Shown: piece by piece, positions 28,407-37,391 of the stretch
Position numbering within the stretch: position 1 is the first letter of the stretch
Layout: every line of letters begins with the position of its first letter
Assembly: GCA_963663385.2 (NCBI GenBank)
Contig: CAXXXD010000001.1
Span: forward strand, 224,001 to 288,000
Reading direction: 5' to 3'
DNA from: Oceanispirochaeta sp.
GTDB lineage: Bacteria > Spirochaetota > Spirochaetia > DSM-2461
DNA length: 64,000 bases
The notes under the pieces: generated by a model
What the model saw: the letters and a program-made list of their open reading frames with translations, nothing else
Told to the model about the DNA's origin: nothing
Database searches by the model: none
Made by a program: the position numbers and the translations under genes

Positions 28407-29273
28407 ATGACATTATTTATTATGATGATAGGGATGATCGCATCCGGATTTTCCCCCATTTTTGTAAAACTCGGGACTATGGATCCCTTTATTCTTGCAT
28501 CATACAGACAACTCCTGGCGGCGTTTCTGCTCATCCCGCTCTTCATCCGGGACATGAAACAGAACAACCGGCCCTTCCATATCAGACAGGTGACCCCCTC
28601 TATTCTGCCCGGACTCCTGCTGGGGTTGCATTTTATCCTCTGGATTACAGGCGCCCGACTTATACCGGGAGGACACTCTTCCGTCATTGTGACAATGGGG
28701 CCTGTCTTTATGCCTTTTGTCATGTTTCTCATGCTGCGGGAAAAGATTACAAAGGTAGAGTTAACAGGCAGCGTACTGGCTCTGTCGGGAGTGTTTTTTC
28801 TTGGTACAAAAGACAGTGAATTCGCCTCCCAGTATATAAAAGGGGACATTCTTGTGTTTCTGGCAATGATTCTGGTGACCCTCTATCTGGCATTCGCCCG
28901 GAAAAACCGGAAAAACTCACTGCTGTGGTTTTACATGGTTCCCCTTTACGTAACGGGAGGGCTGCTCTGTTTTATTATCGGCATGATTACTGGAGCAGAC
29001 CTTTTACCGCATTCTCCAGGAGACTGGCAGTCCATACTGGGTTTGGCTGTTGTCAGTACAATAATTGGGCACTCCATCAATAATTACGGAATGAGAAAAC
29101 TGAGAGGACAGATAGTATCCCTCCTGAACCTGACCCAGATTATTTTTGCAACCCTGCTTTCATTTCTTTTTCTGGGGGAAATCCCTCCCGTATATTTTTA
29201 CCCTGCAGCAATGGTCATCCTGTCAGGTCCTCTGCTCGTTATCCTGATGGATAAACCGGAGAAGAGAACATGA
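28407..29273 (+). CDS. DMT/EamA-family transporter
   Basis: About 10 TM segments; LHF..W, P.F......L.EK and T..GH...N motifs. Confidence 0.85.
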   Translation: MTLFIMMIGMIASGFSPIFVKLGTMDPFILASYRQLLAAFLLIPLFIRDMKQNNRPFHIRQVTPSILPGLLLGLHFILWITGARLIPGGHSSVIVTMGPVFMPFVMFLMLREKITKVELTGSVLALSGVFFLGTKDSEFASQYIKGDILVFLAMILVTLYLAFARKNRKNSLLWFYMVPLYVTGGLLCFIIGMITGADLLPHSPGDWQSILGLAVVSTIIGHSINNYGMRKLRGQIVSLLNLTQIIFATLLSFLFLGEIPPVYFYPAAMVILSGPLLVILMDKPEKRT

Positions 29274-30574
29274 AATTCCCCGGGCATCTGTCTTTGGATG
29301 AAAACTGGTATAAACTCGATAATGCGGGGAAGATCTACCCGGCCATCCTGTCATCCAGGATAACCAGTCTCTTCAGAATAAGTGCAACCCTGAAAGAACC
29401 GGTCAACCTTGACCTTCTGGAGAAAGCAAACAACAGGGTGATAAAGCGATTCCCCTATTTCCAGGTATCCCTGAAACCCGGATTATTCTGGTACTTCCTG
29501 GAAACAAACTCCCGTCTCCCGAAGATTGAAGGAGACTCTCTCTACCCGTGCATGAAGATGCCTATCAAGAAATCCAGGATGTTTCTCTTCCGGGTTAGGA
29601 CTTACAAAAGCAGGATTGCTGTAGAGTTCTCCCATATCCTGACAGATGCCACAGGAGCGTCAATCTATCTGAAGACCCTTCTGGCCGAATACCTGCGTCT
29701 GAAAGGGATCTCCATACCGGCCGATCCCCAAAAGGGTGTATTTTCATTGGATGAAGCCCCTCAGGAAGAAGAAAAAGAGGATGCCTTCCGTAAATACTTC
29801 ACCCCCGGGCTGCCCCTTCCGGCAGGAGGTGTAAAAGCCTACCACCTGAAATGGAAACTGATCCCCAGGGATCACTACTACCTGATGACCGGGATCGTTC
29901 CAGTCAGCAGGGTAAAAGAACGGGCCCGGGAACTTAATGTCAGCCTGGGGGAATTCCTGATAGCCCTCCTGATCCATAGTTTTCAGTTATACATAAACAA
30001 CCAGCCTCCGGGTAAAAAAAGAAAGAAGCCGATCCGCATGAACGTTCCCGTTAACCTGCGGAACCTGTATCCGTCATCCACAGTGAGGAACTTTTTTCTT
30101 TCCGTTGAACCCTGGATCGATCCCAGACTGGGGAATTATACCCTTGAAGAGATAGCCGCCAAGGTTCACCACTATATGCGTTACGAAGTTGACAGGAAAT
30201 TCCTGAACCAGCAGATAACCCGTAATGTCAGGGGCGAACTGAAAATAGTAAACAGGCTGCTCCCGCTCTGCCTGAAAAATATCATCCTGCCCGGCATCTA
30301 CCGGTTTATGGGAGAGAACAACTATACCAGCGGATTGAGCAATATGGGACGGATTTCTCTCCCGAAAGAGATGGAGCCCCATGTAGAAAAATTCGAGTTC
30401 TTCCCGCCGCCCAGCGCCGGCAATAAAATAAAATGCACCGCTCTCTCCTGGCAGGAGAATTTATATATTTCATTTGGGAGCCTGGTTCAGGAAACAGAAA
30501 TTGAAAGGATCTTTTATACATCTCTCAGAAAACAGGGGATCCCTGTAAAAATTGAAAGTAACAGATTCTATTAA
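29270..30574 (+). CDS. CoA-dependent acyltransferase / alcohol-acetyltransferase-like protein
   Basis: W.KLDNA.K.YPA, HILTDATG (HxxxD), PVNLR..YPS.T.RNF, SN.G. Confidence 0.75.
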   Translation: MKFPGHLSLDENWYKLDNAGKIYPAILSSRITSLFRISATLKEPVNLDLLEKANNRVIKRFPYFQVSLKPGLFWYFLETNSRLPKIEGDSLYPCMKMPIKKSRMFLFRVRTYKSRIAVEFSHILTDATGASIYLKTLLAEYLRLKGISIPADPQKGVFSLDEAPQEEEKEDAFRKYFTPGLPLPAGGVKAYHLKWKLIPRDHYYLMTGIVPVSRVKERARELNVSLGEFLIALLIHSFQLYINNQPPGKKRKKPIRMNVPVNLRNLYPSSTVRNFFLSVEPWIDPRLGNYTLEEIAAKVHHYMRYEVDRKFLNQQITRNVRGELKIVNRLLPLCLKNIILPGIYRFMGENNYTSGLSNMGRISLPKEMEPHVEKFEFFPPPSAGNKIKCTALSWQENLYISFGSLVQETEIERIFYTSLRKQGIPVKIESNRFY

Positions 30575-30588
30575 GAGAGGAAAGAAAT

Positions 30589-31302
30589 ATGCCATATTGT
30601 ACCCGATGCGGAGTGGAAGTTAACGAAGAAGCAAAGAAATGCCCCCTCTGTAACTCGCCGATACAGCAGTTCAATAAAGATCCGGCGCCTGGCAGAGAGT
30701 ACCCGGTAGATGCTCTCAATTCCGCTACACCCAGTTTGACGCCAAAAGAAAGGATATGCATATCCGTTTTCATGACAAGTTTTGGAATTATGATCCCTCT
30801 GTTAATAACGCTGGCGGTGGATATTACCGTCAACAGAAGGATTACCTGGTCTGTCTATCCCCTGATCGGGCTTACCTCCAGCTGGCTCCTGACCATCCTC
30901 CCTCTGATTAAACAGAAGAATAGCACAACTATAATCTGGGGAGAGTGTTTCATCCTCTGTGCTACCTTCGCCGTATTAAGCGCTTTCACCCCTACATCTG
31001 TCAGGGTAATGAATCTGGGCAGTCCCATCGTTTTTTTTGGTGCCCTGGTTACTCAGGGAATCGTCTTTATCTCATCCAGAACAACCAGAAAAGGCAGCAA
31101 CACAGCAGGATTTATCCTGATCGGGATTGGAGTCTTCTGCGGCCTCACAGATATTCTGTTGTCATTCAGTCTTTCAAACAGTTTTCGTATGAGCTGGTCT
31201 CTTATTGTTCTGGCGGCACTTGCACCGGTTAGCGGGATGCTCCTCTACCTCCATTACAGAAAAAAGAAAAGAAACAGCCTGTCCCGGTATTTTCATATTT
31301 AG
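30589..31302 (+). CDS. Zinc-ribbon membrane protein (DUF6320-like)
   Basis: MPYC..CGV......CPLC N-terminus, about 6 TM segments, C-terminal R.FHI. Confidence 0.7.
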   Translation: MPYCTRCGVEVNEEAKKCPLCNSPIQQFNKDPAPGREYPVDALNSATPSLTPKERICISVFMTSFGIMIPLLITLAVDITVNRRITWSVYPLIGLTSSWLLTILPLIKQKNSTTIIWGECFILCATFAVLSAFTPTSVRVMNLGSPIVFFGALVTQGIVFISSRTTRKGSNTAGFILIGIGVFCGLTDILLSFSLSNSFRMSWSLIVLAALAPVSGMLLYLHYRKKKRNSLSRYFHI

Positions 31303-31307
31303 AGAGT

Positions 31308-32435
31308 TTATTCTTCAGAGAGATCTGCTGAAAAAGTCCGCTTCTTCTCTATATCCGAACTGATCTTTGCTATATCCTTCTTCAGAACCTTAATCTCCTG
31401 CCGCCTTGCCTGTATTTCTTCTTCCAGCGTATCAATCTTCTGAGTCATGTACGTTTTATCGTTTTCCAGCCGGTCAATATCCTTCCGGGCATCCCACTTC
31501 TCAATCTCAAGATTCAAAGCCACTCCGGCTTCCGTTAAGGCATCAATCCTCTCTATGGCATCAATCACTTCGGGCAGTCTGGAGAGGTTTTCCGATATAT
31601 TCCCGCAAACCCCTTCTCCCCATTTGATAAGGGAATCCTTCAACAGATCCTTTTCCCTGAGGATTTCCTTTGCAAGAGCTTCTTTTCTTTTCTTTGGCCC
31701 CTTACCTTCACATAGCTCCTTCAAATGATCTTTGCTGAGGCGTTTCCTGTTTTCGAGACTCTCTTCTTCCTGAACCAGGGCTTTCCACTCCTCATCAGCC
31801 CGAAACCAGGGGATAAGGAGTTTGCCATCCGGGGTATCCTCACCGTTTTTACCGGCCCCCAGTATCAGGGCATCGGAAAAACTCTTTTTATACAACTTCG
31901 AAACAGATGTTTCCATTGATTTTTTCCTGCTTTTCAGCAGGGAGAGCTTGCTTTTGGCAACCATATTATTAAAAAGGCTCTTTTTATTCACCTGATTTTC
32001 TATCTGATAAAGCTCTGAATCATTATCCCGCAGTTTATTGATATGATCTGTTACAGGTTGGTAGGCACTAGCCCACAGAGAGGAATCCATGGAATTCATC
32101 TGATGAAAGAGTTCTTCTCCAAGAGACTCCTGCAATTGGTCCAGGTTCTCTCTGCAGATAGTTTTCCTGCCCTTCAGATCCATTTCGGTCTCTTTGACAG
32201 CCTGGAGATCACTTAAACACTGTTCAATCTCTTCCAACTGTTCTTCCAGGCGGGGAATGGCGGCTGAGTGAGCTTCTGCGGTGGAACGCTGCTCTTCCAG
32301 CAGACCGGATTCCTGTACTTCCGGTGATTGACCAAGTAAAAATTCTCCCAGAGAGTGAAAAACCATATCCCTTTCACTAAGGTTAAAACGGACCTTTTCT
32401 CTCAGTTCATCAATTTTCTGTTCAATATCCGACAT
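31308..32435 (-). CDS. Hypothetical coiled-coil protein
   Basis: Long ORF rich in E/K/L heptads; no motif recognised. Confidence 0.7.
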   Translation of the reverse strand: MSDIEQKIDELREKVRFNLSERDMVFHSLGEFLLGQSPEVQESGLLEEQRSTAEAHSAAIPRLEEQLEEIEQCLSDLQAVKETEMDLKGRKTICRENLDQLQESLGEELFHQMNSMDSSLWASAYQPVTDHINKLRDNDSELYQIENQVNKKSLFNNMVAKSKLSLLKSRKKSMETSVSKLYKKSFSDALILGAGKNGEDTPDGKLLIPWFRADEEWKALVQEEESLENRKRLSKDHLKELCEGKGPKKRKEALAKEILREKDLLKDSLIKWGEGVCGNISENLSRLPEVIDAIERIDALTEAGVALNLEIEKWDARKDIDRLENDKTYMTQKIDTLEEEIQARRQEIKVLKKDIAKISSDIEKKRTFSADLSEE

Positions 32436-32482
32436 AACGCCCCCCATTAAATGCTCCTACTCCTAAGATAGGTATATTTCTG

Positions 32483-33700
32483 TTAATTATCAAGAATAGT
32501 AATCTCCACTCGCCTATTTATTTTCCGGCCTTCCTCGGTATTATTGTCAGCAATGGGCTCCCTGGATCCCTTTCCCTGAATAATCATCTCAGAAGAACCT
32601 TTTACTCCCGATTCCAGAAAGAACGCAGCCACAGCAGAAGCCCTTTTTTCCGAAAGCAGCTGTCCCGTGCTATATGATCCTGCAAATGCTGTATGCCCGG
32701 TAATAAGAAGATCATGCTCGGGGAATTCCCTTATAATCCGCGCCAGTTCACCCAGTTTCTCCGCTTCTCCGGGAAGAAGATCTGCCGTATCGGGGTAGAA
32801 GTGAATATCTTCAAGAGTAAGGACGACTCCCTCATCACTGACAGATACGCCGACATCCTCGATTTTTCCGTCTTCAAGAACCTCTTCAATCATCTCTCTG
32901 ACTGTTTCTTTCTCCCATTGATCCGCTTCAATAACACGGCCTACTGCCTTGCCCTTGAAAACATAGCGGTTACCGGAATCCATCATATAGGTAATACAGA
33001 ACACCTCATCAACAGCAGCAGGGATACCAGCGGCCCTGTCCCAGTAATAAATCTGTTTGAGATCTCCCGAAACTCCCGCCGGCAGATCAAGTCCACTTCC
33101 CGGCAATGAACCGGGAGGAAGAGAAAGCAGATCCAGTTCATGGAAGAAGTGATAACTGATATTAATAACATCCACAGGTCTGCCCCGGTACATATCTGTT
33201 CCTTCATAGGTATAAAAAACACGGAAGGGAATATGCAGGCGGTAATCGATGTGGAAAAAAGGGTTTAAATCATGCACTTCCTCAGCCATAGCGGACCAGG
33301 ACTCACCAGCAACAAGAGACTTATCGGGAAAAAAAGGGATATCCCTTACAGAGGGCAGATACTGATCCTCTGTGATATCTCCATAAAGACCGTTACAGGC
33401 CCTGTAAAACTGTACCGACTCCTCTGTTGAGAAAATATACAGGCCAGAATTCACGGATTGCTCTGAAATCCCGTAATTCACATTGAGAGTAGCGCCGCGT
33501 TCATCGGATTCTCCTATCAGAATACCGATTCTGTTCAGGATTTTCGATTCACCCAGAAGTTCATCATTGAAAAATACACCTTCATGAACTTCCGATACAA
33601 TTCTGTATTCACTTCCCTCCTCCTGAATGAAGCGGAATTCCTGGCAGAACAGCATGGATGATAGAAGCGCCAAAGCAAAACCGATGATTATTTTTTTCAA
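32483..33700 (-). CDS. OmpA-family peptidoglycan-binding protein
   Basis: Signal peptide; C-terminal I.F.PD.A, GHTA, LS..RA..V, NRRVEI. Confidence 0.88.
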   Translation of the reverse strand: MKKIIIGFALALLSSMLFCQEFRFIQEEGSEYRIVSEVHEGVFFNDELLGESKILNRIGILIGESDERGATLNVNYGISEQSVNSGLYIFSTEESVQFYRACNGLYGDITEDQYLPSVRDIPFFPDKSLVAGESWSAMAEEVHDLNPFFHIDYRLHIPFRVFYTYEGTDMYRGRPVDVINISYHFFHELDLLSLPPGSLPGSGLDLPAGVSGDLKQIYYWDRAAGIPAAVDEVFCITYMMDSGNRYVFKGKAVGRVIEADQWEKETVREMIEEVLEDGKIEDVGVSVSDEGVVLTLEDIHFYPDTADLLPGEAEKLGELARIIREFPEHDLLITGHTAFAGSYSTGQLLSEKRASAVAAFFLESGVKGSSEMIIQGKGSREPIADNNTEEGRKINRRVEITILDN

Positions 33701-33735
33701 TGCTCGTCTCCTTCCTTAAATCGGCAGGGTTTTAA

Positions 33736-33763
33736 TTGACAAAAAAACTTGCACCATTATATT
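33736..33763 (+). promoter_or_regulatory. Sigma70-like promoter about 300 nt upstream of the DbpA-domain gene
   Basis: TTGACA-N16-TATATT. Confidence 0.5.
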
Positions 33764-34070
33764 GTAAAGGTATTATCGAAGAATTCGGGAAAAATCAACA
33801 GATTTTTCCTCTGGAGAAAGCAGTTTATCCAACCGGGAAGTTTAATCGGCAGATTCCTTCTTAAACCAACAGACTAAGAGGAACCCGGCATTAAATCAAG
33901 ACGGCGATATTTCTTTCCCGGAAGAACAAAGAGGGGTACGCCGGATCCCCTCCTGAACTGGTTATAGATTCCGAATCTGATAATTATCAGCTCCCTTCCT
34001 ATCATCCCCTTCAGGGGATTTCTCAGTTTTTTGGAAAGGAGCAATTCATTTTTTACAGGAGACATCAGTC

Positions 34071-34526
34071 ATGGGCAAACCAGACAACATCAGACCGGAA
34101 GATCTCCTCCCCCTGATAGAGAATATCGTGAAACGGGTGAGGGAAGATGAAGATCCTGATATACTCAATGCTTATAAAAAAGCTTTTAAAAAGACAGTCC
34201 CTTTTTCAATGAGATCCTGGGTAGTCGCCTACATGTTCAAAGAACTGACCGCCAAAAAGACAGTACGCTCTATCCCTGACGGAGTATCATTATTCGTCAG
34301 CATCGGTCGGAACCGGAAAGTCTATCCGAAAGACCTGATTCACCTTTTCGTTAATACGGGAAAAGTAGAAAGGGACAGTATCGGAGACATCAAGATTCTG
34401 GATAATTACTCATTTATCTCAATTAGCAGAAAAGCATCGGAAGCGGCAATTGACAACCTGGACGGTATTGATTACCGGGGAAGGAAATTGACTGTCAACT
34501 TTGCCAAAAAAAAATCATCCGAGTAA
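34071..34526 (+). CDS. Stand-alone DbpA-type RNA-binding domain protein
   Basis: LF.SIGR..KV.P.DL, IGDIKILDNYSF, A...L.G...RGR.L.V..A. Confidence 0.8.
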   Translation: MGKPDNIRPEDLLPLIENIVKRVREDEDPDILNAYKKAFKKTVPFSMRSWVVAYMFKELTAKKTVRSIPDGVSLFVSIGRNRKVYPKDLIHLFVNTGKVERDSIGDIKILDNYSFISISRKASEAAIDNLDGIDYRGRKLTVNFAKKKSSE

Positions 34527-34576
34527 TCCGGAATATCCATAAGCCAGTCCGGCGCTGGCTTCCAGCAACCATTGAA

Positions 34577-35656
34577 TCAGAATAACCACTTATATATGAC
34601 CCAAACCAGGTAGTAGTTGATAGCCAGACCGAGAAGAATTCCCATTCCGGAAAAAGCTTCATAAAGAAAAGCTTTGCGCTGACAGTATTTTGACAGTATT
34701 TCAGGCGTTTCGGGAAAGCATATCACCTGATCCGAATTACCCCAGGGCAGACAGATTTTCCTGTTAGAAAAGCGCCCCGTCTTGTTCCATCCGCTGGGTT
34801 GACGGGAACAAAGGATTTTATCCCTGCGGTCTACAGGAGCAAAATCCCCCGAATCCGGGTTCTTTAAAAGTTTAATAAGGTCCCTTTCTGCCCTGAATCT
34901 TCTGGCAGAATCCCAGAACCGTTTATACAGAGCAAACAGTAAGACTCCGGGAGGAAGGAAAAGCATCGCCGGCAGCAGGGCTACTGAAATACTGAGAAAC
35001 TGCAGAAAATAGTCTGCACTATTCTGCAACAGGTAGGCTGAAAGTATTAACAGCAGGAGTAATCCGGCCAGCAGCGACCAGGGTGTCAGGAAATTCCAGA
35101 ATTCATTACTCTGCCGCCCGCACCATATTGCCCTGGAAACAAGGTGCGCAGGATCTTCGTTATAGACAAGAACCATCAGCGGAGTATCTCCTCCCGTACG
35201 AAAAGTATTACGACCGTTTTCGAAGAACATCTCTCCGCTTATATACATTTTTGTCCCTTCAGGCAGTGTAAGAACATCATCCCAGGAGACCTTCTCAAGT
35301 GACGTAGCAGGCAGGGGGACAGGTAACAGATGGGGGTATAGTTTTTCTTTGCTGGTAATGGGCGGCATGAAATATACGGAACTGTTACGCATCTCTACAG
35401 TAAAAGTGTGATTATTACAGCTCCTTACCCATATGATATCGTTTCCTTCCAGGGCTTCCAGTTCTCCAAGAATGCAGTGTGCTCCCTGGAAGCCCTCATT
35501 TCCCGGGTAGGTTTTAAAACGACGGGGATAAAATATGGACTTGTGAAGCTCCTTGCGAAAAACCCGCCATTGAGACCGCACCATAAATGCTCCCAGAATG
35601 GGGATCCCACCGTAGAAGAAAGCAGAAATAATAAATATGAGTAATAAAAAAAACAT
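34577..35656 (-). CDS. Hypothetical membrane protein
   Basis: 359-aa ORF with 4 predicted TM segments. Confidence 0.65.
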   Translation of the reverse strand: MFFLLLIFIISAFFYGGIPILGAFMVRSQWRVFRKELHKSIFYPRRFKTYPGNEGFQGAHCILGELEALEGNDIIWVRSCNNHTFTVEMRNSSVYFMPPITSKEKLYPHLLPVPLPATSLEKVSWDDVLTLPEGTKMYISGEMFFENGRNTFRTGGDTPLMVLVYNEDPAHLVSRAIWCGRQSNEFWNFLTPWSLLAGLLLLLILSAYLLQNSADYFLQFLSISVALLPAMLFLPPGVLLFALYKRFWDSARRFRAERDLIKLLKNPDSGDFAPVDRRDKILCSRQPSGWNKTGRFSNRKICLPWGNSDQVICFPETPEILSKYCQRKAFLYEAFSGMGILLGLAINYYLVWVIYKWLF

Positions 35657-35659
35657 GGA

Positions 35660-36046
35660 TCAGGCAGTCAGATTAACCAGAGAACCGCTTGAGTAACCCA
35701 GAGGAGTGACATAGGGAACAGAAGGAGTTGAAACTGCATTATGCAGCTTATTGGCATACTGGTTGATCATGGCATCCAGGGCTTTATCAGAAAGACCATT
35801 TAACTTCGGTTTAACAGTATTGCTGTCTTTCTGGCTGACCAGACTATCTATAAGATTATTTAAAACTCTGAGGCGGTTAACCGGAACAGCTCGACCCTTG
35901 GAGGAGGTCGGAACACCCTGAACATATTTGAACTGGGCATAGGGACTCTGGGCTCGGCTGACCGGAACGCTGATCCTTCCGGAAGAATTTCTGGCGCTCA
36001 TTAACTGTGCTACATTGAACTGACCTGAAGCAGCCCGCAATTCCAT
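35660..36046 (-). CDS. Hypothetical protein
   Basis: ORF with a GGGGG RBS and an upstream sigma28-like promoter. Confidence 0.65.
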   Translation of the reverse strand: MELRAASGQFNVAQLMSARNSSGRISVPVSRAQSPYAQFKYVQGVPTSSKGRAVPVNRLRVLNNLIDSLVSQKDSNTVKPKLNGLSDKALDAMINQYANKLHNAVSTPSVPYVTPLGYSSGSLVNLTA

Positions 36047-36069
36047 TCGGCATCCCCCTGATATCACTA

Positions 36070-36096
36070 TTATCGGAAGAAGACGGAGGGATATTA
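36070..36096 (-). promoter_or_regulatory. Sigma28 (FliA)-like promoter
   Basis: TAAT-N15-TCCGATAA versus consensus TAAA-N15-GCCGATAA. Confidence 0.5.
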
Positions 36097-36118
36097 CATT
36101 AAAATAACTGGAATATAG

Positions 36119-36146
36119 AAAAAAAGCCGGAATGGTCTCCGGCTTT
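36119..36146 (-). terminator. Terminator after dksA
   Basis: AAAGCCGGA...TCCGGCTTT hairpin with a T-run on the minus strand. Confidence 0.7.
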
Positions 36147-36195
36147 GATTTTATGCAACCCGCATGTGGACTGCTATTATTAAATTTTTAATATA

Positions 36196-36549
36196 CTATT
36201 TTTTCTTTTCGCTGGCGATTTTACAATCGATGCACATAACCGCATAGGGGATTGCTTCCAGTCTATCCCGAGAGATCTTTTTGGAACAGGAAGCACAAAT
36301 ACCGTATTTCCCGTTCTCCAGCCGGATAAGTGCTGCTTCGACCTTACTCAAGCGCTTTCGATCCTGAGTACTGACTGCTTCAAGTGTTCTGACATCAATA
36401 TCATTTGAAGCAATATCGGCCAGATCTTTAACACCAAGATCCTCTACCGCTGCTTTAAAATCCTCATTCTCCGAGATAAGATTTTTTAGAACAGACTCCT
36501 TCATTTCAAGAAGGGTTTTCTTCATTCTCTCTTCAAATTCTTTATCCAT
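36196..36549 (-). CDS. dksA: DksA/TraR C4 zinc-finger transcription factor
   Basis: DLADIAS coiled-coil tip; YGIC..C...I...RL.A.P....C..C. Confidence 0.85.
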   Translation of the reverse strand: MDKEFEERMKKTLLEMKESVLKNLISENEDFKAAVEDLGVKDLADIASNDIDVRTLEAVSTQDRKRLSKVEAALIRLENGKYGICASCSKKISRDRLEAIPYAVMCIDCKIASEKKK

Positions 36550-36683
36550 AGTTTTAGACCTTTTTCCATAAGGATATCAATATCCGAAATAATCTGTATT
36601 ATTTAGAGAAAAAAGTCAAGGAGTTGACAAATACATTCTGATTCCCTAATATGCTAATCACTAATTATAACAGGAGTTACTTG

Positions 36684-36902
36684 TTGGCTAAAGAAGAAGC
36701 AATTGAGGTTGAAGGGGTTGTTAAAGAATCTCTGCCTAATACAATGTTCCGCGTAGAAGTAGCAAACGGACATGTCATACTGGCTCACCTGTCAGGTAAA
36801 ATGAGAAAACACTATATCAGGATTGTTCCCGGGGACAAGGTTAAAGTAGCCCTTTCTCCCTACGACTTGAGCAGAGGAAGAATTATCTACCGGGAAAGGT
36901 AA
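36684..36902 (+). CDS. infA: Translation initiation factor IF-1
   Basis: [10 protein letters not shown]...LPN.MFRV...HLSGKMR...I.I.PGD.V; TTG start 7 nt after AGGAG gives 72 aa. Confidence 0.97.
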   Translation: MAKEEAIEVEGVVKESLPNTMFRVEVANGHVILAHLSGKMRKHYIRIVPGDKVKVALSPYDLSRGRIIYRER

Positions 36903-37391
36903 TCACCGGAGCACGATCCAGGTTGCTCCGCTGCCGCCAGATTGGCCGGATGCCCGGCCAAATGCCCTGACCAGAGAGGACTTTTCAAGATAATCCTTAA
37001 CCAGTGGTCGTAAAACTGATTCGCCCCCAGGTGAATGGATCCCCTTACCATGCACTATCAGTACCTTTTTCAATCCTCTTCGTTTACTTTTTTTAAGAAA
37101 AAAGTCCAGTTCTTTCAAAGCTTCGGAACCGCTCCAGCCGTGCAGATCCAGGGTATCCTGGGGTTCCATCCGGTTAATCTGCTTTTTTCTGGTATGAATA
37201 ATTAGTCTATCGGGCTTTTCTTTTCTTTCTCCCATTTGTCTGTCGGGAGGATACTGCTCCAGAAGGGTGTTCATTGAAAAAGACCCTAAATCTTCACTGT
37301 TTTTTTTCACGGAAGACCGGGCATCTTTCTTCCTGGATGTACGTTTTTTATTCTGTTCTTCCCATTCAGACAGGATATCTCTAAAACTCAA
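36903..37391 (-). CDS. Smr/MutS2 C-terminal domain protein
   Basis: LDLHG, IVHGKG.HS, GGSGAT. Confidence 0.88.
   Translation of the reverse strand: MSFRDILSEWEEQNKKRTSRKKDARSSVKKNSEDLGSFSMNTLLEQYPPDRQMGERKEKPDRLIIHTRKKQINRMEPQDTLDLHGWSGSEALKELDFFLKKSKRRGLKKVLIVHGKGIHSPGGESVLRPLVKDYLEKSSLVRAFGRASGQSGGSGATWIVLR

Noticed and set aside
28247..28849. 200-aa minus ORF and 139-aa ORF starting at 28400
   Set aside because: Shadow or alternate frames of the DMT transporter gene
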